From positions 117,261-181,260 of IMG/VR virus record IMGVR_UViG_3300021963_009993: DNA of 64,000 nucleotides; one strand, written 5' to 3'. This DNA is from a virus. Within the stretch, counting starts at the first letter, position 1; the number at the start of each line of letters is the position of its first letter. Of this stretch, positions 58,534 through 64,000 are shown in pieces. Made by a program: the position numbers and the translations under genes. Under the pieces are notes generated by a model. It was given only the letters and a program-made list of their open reading frames with translations, made no database searches and was not told the DNA's origin.

Positions 58534-60534
58534 TTAAACATAAATAGTTCCAGCAATATATTTTTGATAAATTGAATAATTTACCGCAGAAGCCGCAGCA
58601 AAAACTCTGTAGTATTGTGAAGTAAGTCCTATAGAAGGCTTATAAGATATTGTTGAAAGATTGCAATAAAAGTTAGTTGTCGTAAACCAGTCTTGTCCAG
58701 CCTGTACTGGCACAGGTTGATAATAACCACTAATATTAGCAAAGCCAGATACTACGATTGGATAGATCGATCCGGCGACACTTCCAGCAGCTTGTGGGCC
58801 AATAGCAGTATAACCACCAAATGTTACTGGTTGTGTATCCAAGCCTTGCACATAGTATATTGAACTTTCGGCATGCCACGGATAAAATGTATTTGCTGTT
58901 TGACCATTTGGAATTGGATTGAATCTGTTGTAATTAAATGGAAGCGTGTTTACATTATACAACAATCTTCTATCTAAAGTGTTGACTAGGTTATTGTTTA
59001 CACCAAGATGGGATGGGTATGTTGTACCCGAAAGAGTGCCACCACTCCAAACCCCATATCCACTAGATGGCAAAATAGCAGCTGTTCCCAAATATCTTCT
59101 TGAAAAATCACCAGATTGAACATAAACACCATTTAATACATTTAATATACCAGTTGTTGGTCTTGTTGCATAGTTTGTCCAAGGTGGACCCCAGTCCATA
59201 GCAACTCTTCCAGATGTAACACCACCAGATATTGCATATGCAAATATGTCCCTGACAGTTCCAGCTAAAAAGCCTCCACCAGATGCAGCACTTGCTGCAA
59301 GCGATGTTGAGCCAGAAATTGTATATATTTGCCATGCACCAGTAACATTGTTGTATAAAGATACTTGGTTTCCTTCATATTGTTCCAAGAAAACATTAGC
59401 ACTTCCACTTATGTCAACATTTTGTACTGGTGAACCGCTTTGCAATGTCAATCTTGTATTATTAGGATATTTGTATCCTACTGTGTCTAATGTTCCAGAG
59501 GCAAACTTATCTACAGTTAAAACACCTTGACCAATAACATTCGGACCAATAGCTCCAGATGCTATATTTCCTGAAACTATACCTGCGTTTCCAGTTACAC
59601 CACTTTGTATAAATCCAGAACTTACGGAAAATCTGTTAACCGCACCGCTTGCTATTTTTCCACTTACTACTGCATTATTAGCAAGCATCAAACTAATTAT
59701 TCCACCGCTAGCAACACTTGCAGTTTTTGCAACAGAACCATCAAAAGAATCAAGAGAATATGATAAACCAGAACCAAAAATGAGAGCTTGAGGAGTATTT
59801 GCAGTTATGGTTATATTTGCACTACCATCAAAAGAACCACTATTAATTAATCTTGGTGTAATCAACCTTGTTGCTGTTGTGGCATCTCCAGACAAAGTTC
59901 CTCTGAAATAAGTTGACTGAACAGACACCATGCCACTTATAAATGTGACACCAGAGCCAAGTCTTACATCTGTGCTTCCCAAGGTGATGTTTGGTGTTTG
60001 TAACATGCCAACTGTAATTCCAGATTGTGCAATGTTTAAAATTCCAGATGTTGTTCCATCATATGAAATTGCTTGAATTCCAGAACCTGCTATCAAAGGG
60101 AAATATAATGCTGATTTAATTGTGATATCTGAGGTTCCATCAAAAGAACCACTATTAATCAATCTTGCTGTTTGCAATCTTGTTGCTGTAGAGGCGTTTC
60201 CTGTGAAAGATCCACTAGAAGTTATTGTCGCAATAACATTGCTGTTGTTGTCCCTAAACTGTATTAAATCTGGATTTATTCCTCCACCAAAAACACTTAG
60301 TGCTGTTCTTCCAGATGCAGCAAATATATTTACTTGGGCACCAGATGTTACATTTCCAGATCCCATGACCAAAAGTCCAGATGATTGAATTTGAAAATTA
60401 AGACCATCTGGTGAAGTGAATTTTAAACTGCCATCTGCTTCTGCACTTAAAGTAACAGGATTAGAAGCTCCAGAACCATTAAATTGAATTGTTGGTGGTA
60501 CTGCTTGTGGGTTTATTTTTATATTTTGTGGCAT
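58534..60534 (-). CDS. Tail-fibre-like protein (paralog A)
   Basis: GNASTATRLQTARLINSGSFDG; YPNNTRLTLQSG.P domain. Confidence 0.75.
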   Translation of the reverse strand: MPQNIKINPQAVPPTIQFNGSGASNPVTLSAEADGSLKFTSPDGLNFQIQSSGLLVMGSGNVTSGAQVNIFAASGRTALSVFGGGINPDLIQFRDNNSNVIATITSSGSFTGNASTATRLQTARLINSGSFDGTSDITIKSALYFPLIAGSGIQAISYDGTTSGILNIAQSGITVGMLQTPNITLGSTDVRLGSGVTFISGMVSVQSTYFRGTLSGDATTATRLITPRLINSGSFDGSANITITANTPQALIFGSGLSYSLDSFDGSVAKTASVASGGIISLMLANNAVVSGKIASGAVNRFSVSSGFIQSGVTGNAGIVSGNIASGAIGPNVIGQGVLTVDKFASGTLDTVGYKYPNNTRLTLQSGSPVQNVDISGSANVFLEQYEGNQVSLYNNVTGAWQIYTISGSTSLAASAASGGGFLAGTVRDIFAYAISGGVTSGRVAMDWGPPWTNYATRPTTGILNVLNGVYVQSGDFSRRYLGTAAILPSSGYGVWSGGTLSGTTYPSHLGVNNNLVNTLDRRLLYNVNTLPFNYNRFNPIPNGQTANTFYPWHAESSIYYVQGLDTQPVTFGGYTAIGPQAAGSVAGSIYPIVVSGFANISGYYQPVPVQAGQDWFTTTNFYCNLSTISYKPSIGLTSQYYRVFAAASAVNYSIYQKYIAGTIYV

Positions 60535-60544
60535 GTATCCCTCT

Positions 60545-62554
60545 TTACATATTAAATGTTCCAGTTACAGTATTTCCCGATCCAACACCAACTGTTTGCG
60601 ACCCAGTAGGAGTTGGATTTCCACAGTTCACATATGGTTGATAAATATTTACTCCAGCTAGAGTTCTTTGCTCCTGTGTATTTAAATTAGCATATCTGCT
60701 AGTGCTTCTAACGATATCCTCTTGTGATGAGTTATTGTAAACTACACCAACCGCAACCGCTGTACCGCTGGTTGTTCTTATGCTGGTATATGGTTGAAGG
60801 CTGTATGCAAAAGGACAATCCCCATATATAAATTTAATATACATAGAATAATTAACAGGAAGATTTGCAAAAGGTGACAAAATTTCTACCGTTGGACTAG
60901 TAGTTGTAGGATTGGGAGATGCGACAACCAATACAGCTTGTGAAAGACCACTTACTGTATTTGACAAAACTCTTGGAACTTGATTGTAAGCACTATATAC
61001 ATGTCTTTTTGCAGCAGAGTCTTCAACTCTCACATAACCCGGAGATATGGTTTCTTGTGTTGCAAAACTCCCAACATATCTGTATTGAGGGAAACCGTTG
61101 TAAACAAGTATTCCATCTCTATCTGCAACATTGCTTGCTGCACCTCTTCCGCTATTGTAAGTCCATTGTGATAAAAAAAGAGATAATCTGCCAGAAGAAG
61201 CACCAGTATAATTATAATAAACATAAATATCATTTATAGAATAAGGTGCCAGTATTCCACTTCCAAAAAGACCTGTTACTTGACCAGAAATGGGAAACAA
61301 TGACCATGTGCTTGTAGTTTGATCAAAAAGTGATATTTGACCTCCCGCTGTGGGAACCAAATAAACGCCACCCCCAGATGTTATGTCTTGTGTTGGTACA
61401 GAAACACCACTTTGAATAGATAATCTAAAATTGTTCGGATATCTAAATCCAGCGTAAGCTGCTACACCGGATGAGATATTTTGAGGTAAAATAGAAGCAC
61501 TACCTATCTCTATTGAACCAACAGCACCGGATGCAAGATTTCCAGAAACAACCGCTGCTGTGCCAAAATGACCGCTAAATGCTAGATTTTGAAGTGTGCT
61601 TTCAAAACCTATGGAACCACTTCCCAAAGAACCACTTGTTACAGAACCGCTTCCCAAAAGAAAGCTCGATATGTTTCCACTTGTAATACTCAAAGTTTTT
61701 GGAGTTGATCCGTTCCATGTATCGGTTTGAAATCCGCTACCAAAAGATAAATTATTATTTGTTGCTGCCGTGATGGTTATATTTTGATCGCCAATAAAAC
61801 TATTTCCATTTATAAGACCACCACCGACTAATAACGCTGCTCTTGAACAATCTCCACTTAAAATACCTGCAAAATATGTAGATTGTATGCCTAATAATCC
61901 AGATATATAGTTAGATCCACTAAACTGACCAAAATTAAGAATAGAATTCGTACTTCCAATTGTTACAGAATTTGCTTGTAATTTCTCATATCTTATGTCT
62001 GTAACATTAAACCTTTGTCCGCTTGTAGAACCATCAAATGTTTGAAAGGCGAGATCTAATCCATCAGCATAAAATGACGCATAAGGCAAAGATTTTACAA
62101 CAATATTTCCTGTTCCATCAAAACTTCCACTATTTATCAATCTTGAATTTTGAAAAGATGTTACAGTTTGTGCATTTCCAGAAAATGTTCCAGAACTATT
62201 GAATCCTGCAACAAAATTGTTTCCGCTATTTATAACTCTTAAAAAATCAGCAACAGCACCGGAAGCCCTGTTGATATTCAGGGCTGTACGGTTGGTTTGA
62301 GTTCTTATTGCAAATGTTGCATTTCCACCACTACCATAAACATAACCAGCATTGATTTCCCCAGAATTAAATATTTGTAGTTCAGTAATGCCACCAGCTG
62401 GTATGCCTGCTCTATCAAAAACTAATCCATTTACATCAACAGAAATATTTGTTTTTCCAACAACTACCCCGTGGTCTAATTCTATGTTTGGAAGACCTGA
62501 AGCATTAGGTGTGTATGTGCCTGAAGCAGCTGGAAATATTGTTATATTTGCCAT
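60545..62554 (-). CDS. Tail-fibre-like protein (paralog B)
   Basis: RLINSGSFDG; YPNNFRLSIQSG domain; same length and layout as paralog A. Confidence 0.75.
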   Translation of the reverse strand: MANITIFPAASGTYTPNASGLPNIELDHGVVVGKTNISVDVNGLVFDRAGIPAGGITELQIFNSGEINAGYVYGSGGNATFAIRTQTNRTALNINRASGAVADFLRVINSGNNFVAGFNSSGTFSGNAQTVTSFQNSRLINSGSFDGTGNIVVKSLPYASFYADGLDLAFQTFDGSTSGQRFNVTDIRYEKLQANSVTIGSTNSILNFGQFSGSNYISGLLGIQSTYFAGILSGDCSRAALLVGGGLINGNSFIGDQNITITAATNNNLSFGSGFQTDTWNGSTPKTLSITSGNISSFLLGSGSVTSGSLGSGSIGFESTLQNLAFSGHFGTAAVVSGNLASGAVGSIEIGSASILPQNISSGVAAYAGFRYPNNFRLSIQSGVSVPTQDITSGGGVYLVPTAGGQISLFDQTTSTWSLFPISGQVTGLFGSGILAPYSINDIYVYYNYTGASSGRLSLFLSQWTYNSGRGAASNVADRDGILVYNGFPQYRYVGSFATQETISPGYVRVEDSAAKRHVYSAYNQVPRVLSNTVSGLSQAVLVVASPNPTTTSPTVEILSPFANLPVNYSMYIKFIYGDCPFAYSLQPYTSIRTTSGTAVAVGVVYNNSSQEDIVRSTSRYANLNTQEQRTLAGVNIYQPYVNCGNPTPTGSQTVGVGSGNTVTGTFNM

Positions 62555-62561
62555 TTATGAT

Positions 62562-64000
62562 TTACTCCTCAACCACAACTTTGGGTATGTCTATTCTTTC
62601 TGCAAAAATAACATAGTTGTAAATAGGACTATCATCACCTTCTATGTAAACCATCATTTTATCTATATTTTTAACATAAATATTTTGTTGTTTTTCTACA
62701 GGTGTTAGCAATACTGTCAGACTGTCCATATCGACTAAATTTTCCCAATAACTTGGTAGTTCTATTGTTTTAGATGTTGATTTTCCTCTTATATAAACAT
62801 CAGCAGTAGGAGCTTCAACACAAACATGGCGAAGTTTCATTCCCGGTTTACTTGGGTGATCAATATAAAAACTCTTGCTAACAGCAGAGAAATTGCCATT
62901 TGCATCCATCGTCGCCAATGCTGTGCCTGCACTACTTTGCCATTCCTGCAAACTTCCAGTTTGTGATGCAACTCCTCTGGCAACCAAAGGAATATCAGTA
63001 GTACCAGCTGCTGTCGCTCTAAATATAGTTCCAGTAGGATTATAAGTTATTTGTGTCGCATTTGCTATCGAGGTTGAATTTCCTATCAACAAACCAGATA
63101 TTGTTGTAGAAATAGTGATTGCTGGTGTGGAAGATGCATTTGCAACAGTTCCAGCAAAACCGTTTGTGCTAGTAACACTTACTGTTGTAACGGTTCCGGC
63201 ATTTATCGCAGATACTTGAACATCATCTGTATTTGCTGTAACAGCTATACCAGCACCAGCGGTTATTCTCTTTACAATCTGACTAGCTGCTATGGCTCCA
63301 CTTTGAATTGCTCCCGAACCAAACATTGCTGTAACAAGACCGCCAGAAGCAATACCGATAGTTAAAGCACCGCTAGGATAAAATGTACCAGCCAACAAAC
63401 CTGAAGCTGTAGTTAATGCTTGTGCTGCCCAAGATCCACCTAGAGAAGTACTGCTACCGGCAATAGTTACTGTAGAGTTGGCAAGGCTTGCGTTTGCGAT
63501 ACTACCAGCAAGGATATGAGGACTACCGATGACATTCGCACCGATTTGTCCAGAAAGAATACTGGCAGCAGCAATACTATTAGTTCCAACCTGACCAGAT
63601 GCAATTGCACCACTAGTAACAGCACCAGAACCAAGCATTTGACTAACGATACCACCAGAAGCAATACCAATAGTGACAGCAGCAGAGCCATTGAATGGAC
63701 CACCCAGCAATCCACTAGCTGTAGATAGTGTGTTGTTCGTATTTGCATTTATGGTAGTTGATCCACCAAGAGAAACAAGGGCACCATTGATTGTTATTGA
63801 AGAGTTTGCAAGTTTATCGTTTGCAACAGTACCACTAGTAATATTCAAATTGTTAACTGCAAAGTTACCAATTAGTCCACTAACGATGGCACCAGAACCA
63901 ACAGCAATAGTAACAGCACCAGAACCATTGTAAGAACCGCCAGTAAGGCCAGTACCAATAGTTAGTGTTGCATTGTTATAAGAAGCACCTAGTGCAGTTG
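62562..64000 (-). CDS. Partial repetitive tail-fibre protein with C-terminal chaperone-like domain; starts beyond the window
   Basis: Frame is open to position 64000; shares modules with the 2068 aa gene; KSFYIDHPSKPGMKLRH.C.EAP..DVY.RG tail typical of fibre C-termini. Confidence 0.8.
   Translation of the reverse strand, partial: TALGASYNNATLTIGTGLTGGSYNGSGAVTIAVGSGAIVSGLIGNFAVNNLNITSGTVANDKLANSSITINGALVSLGGSTTINANTNNTLSTASGLLGGPFNGSAAVTIGIASGGIVSQMLGSGAVTSGAIASGQVGTNSIAAASILSGQIGANVIGSPHILAGSIANASLANSTVTIAGSSTSLGGSWAAQALTTASGLLAGTFYPSGALTIGIASGGLVTAMFGSGAIQSGAIAASQIVKRITAGAGIAVTANTDDVQVSAINAGTVTTVSVTSTNGFAGTVANASSTPAITISTTISGLLIGNSTSIANATQITYNPTGTIFRATAAGTTDIPLVARGVASQTGSLQEWQSSAGTALATMDANGNFSAVSKSFYIDHPSKPGMKLRHVCVEAPTADVYIRGKSTSKTIELPSYWENLVDMDSLTVLLTPVEKQQNIYVKNIDKMMVYIEGDDSPIYNYVIFAERIDIPKVVVEE

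Noticed and set aside
52397-63933. Many + strand and alternate-frame ORFs over the fibre genes, some duplicated
   Set aside because: Antisense shadows of low-complexity repeats; they duplicate because the repeats do
1-64000. CRISPR array
   Set aside because: All repeats seen lie in frame inside coding genes; no repeat-spacer pattern with unique spacers
1-64000. Genome-wide stop-codon recoding
   Set aside because: Conserved genes are intact in code 11 and many end in TGA or TAG with coupled overlaps; the 20624 TGA is isolated
1-64000. Eukaryotic giant virus (NCLDV) origin suggested by the P4H and GT genes
   Set aside because: T4-type terminase, portal, protease and capsid, SD sites, intrinsic terminators and a bacterial-type tRNA indicate a bacteriophage

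Overview
AT-rich segment of a large tailed phage genome (T4-like head module, probably a jumbo/huge phage), read in the standard bacterial code (TAA, TAG and TGA all end genes). 1-17 kb holds the head module: terminase large subunit, an intein-split portal, a large prohead-core protein, prohead protease, scaffold and major capsid, flanked by a metalloprotease, a ferritin-like gene, a composite nuclease, tRNA-Gly and an HNH gene. 17.6-44.7 kb is accessory: DUF6428, TylF-like methyltransferase, deaminase, ExbB/TolQ-like trio, C39/C1A/S1/S8 proteases, UDP-galactopyranose mutase, GT9-like enzymes, McsA-like protein, phiEco32-type COOH-NH2 ligase, prim-pol, Nudix, and about ten proteins with a T4-type capsid-targeting-like N-terminus. 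44.8-52.3 kb is a methyltransferase/glycosyltransferase/prolyl-4-hydroxylase cluster abutting a Thr- and (Ser-Pro)n-rich protein. 52.3-64 kb holds four Ser/Thr/Gly/Ala/Asn-rich repetitive tail-fibre-like genes. Most promising leads: a possible virion protein hydroxylation/glycosylation system, a capsid-targeting-tagged cargo family, and an exported-protein gene with an in-frame TGA followed by a SECIS-like GGUC-loop hairpin. All family calls come from reading motifs by eye; no database search was run.
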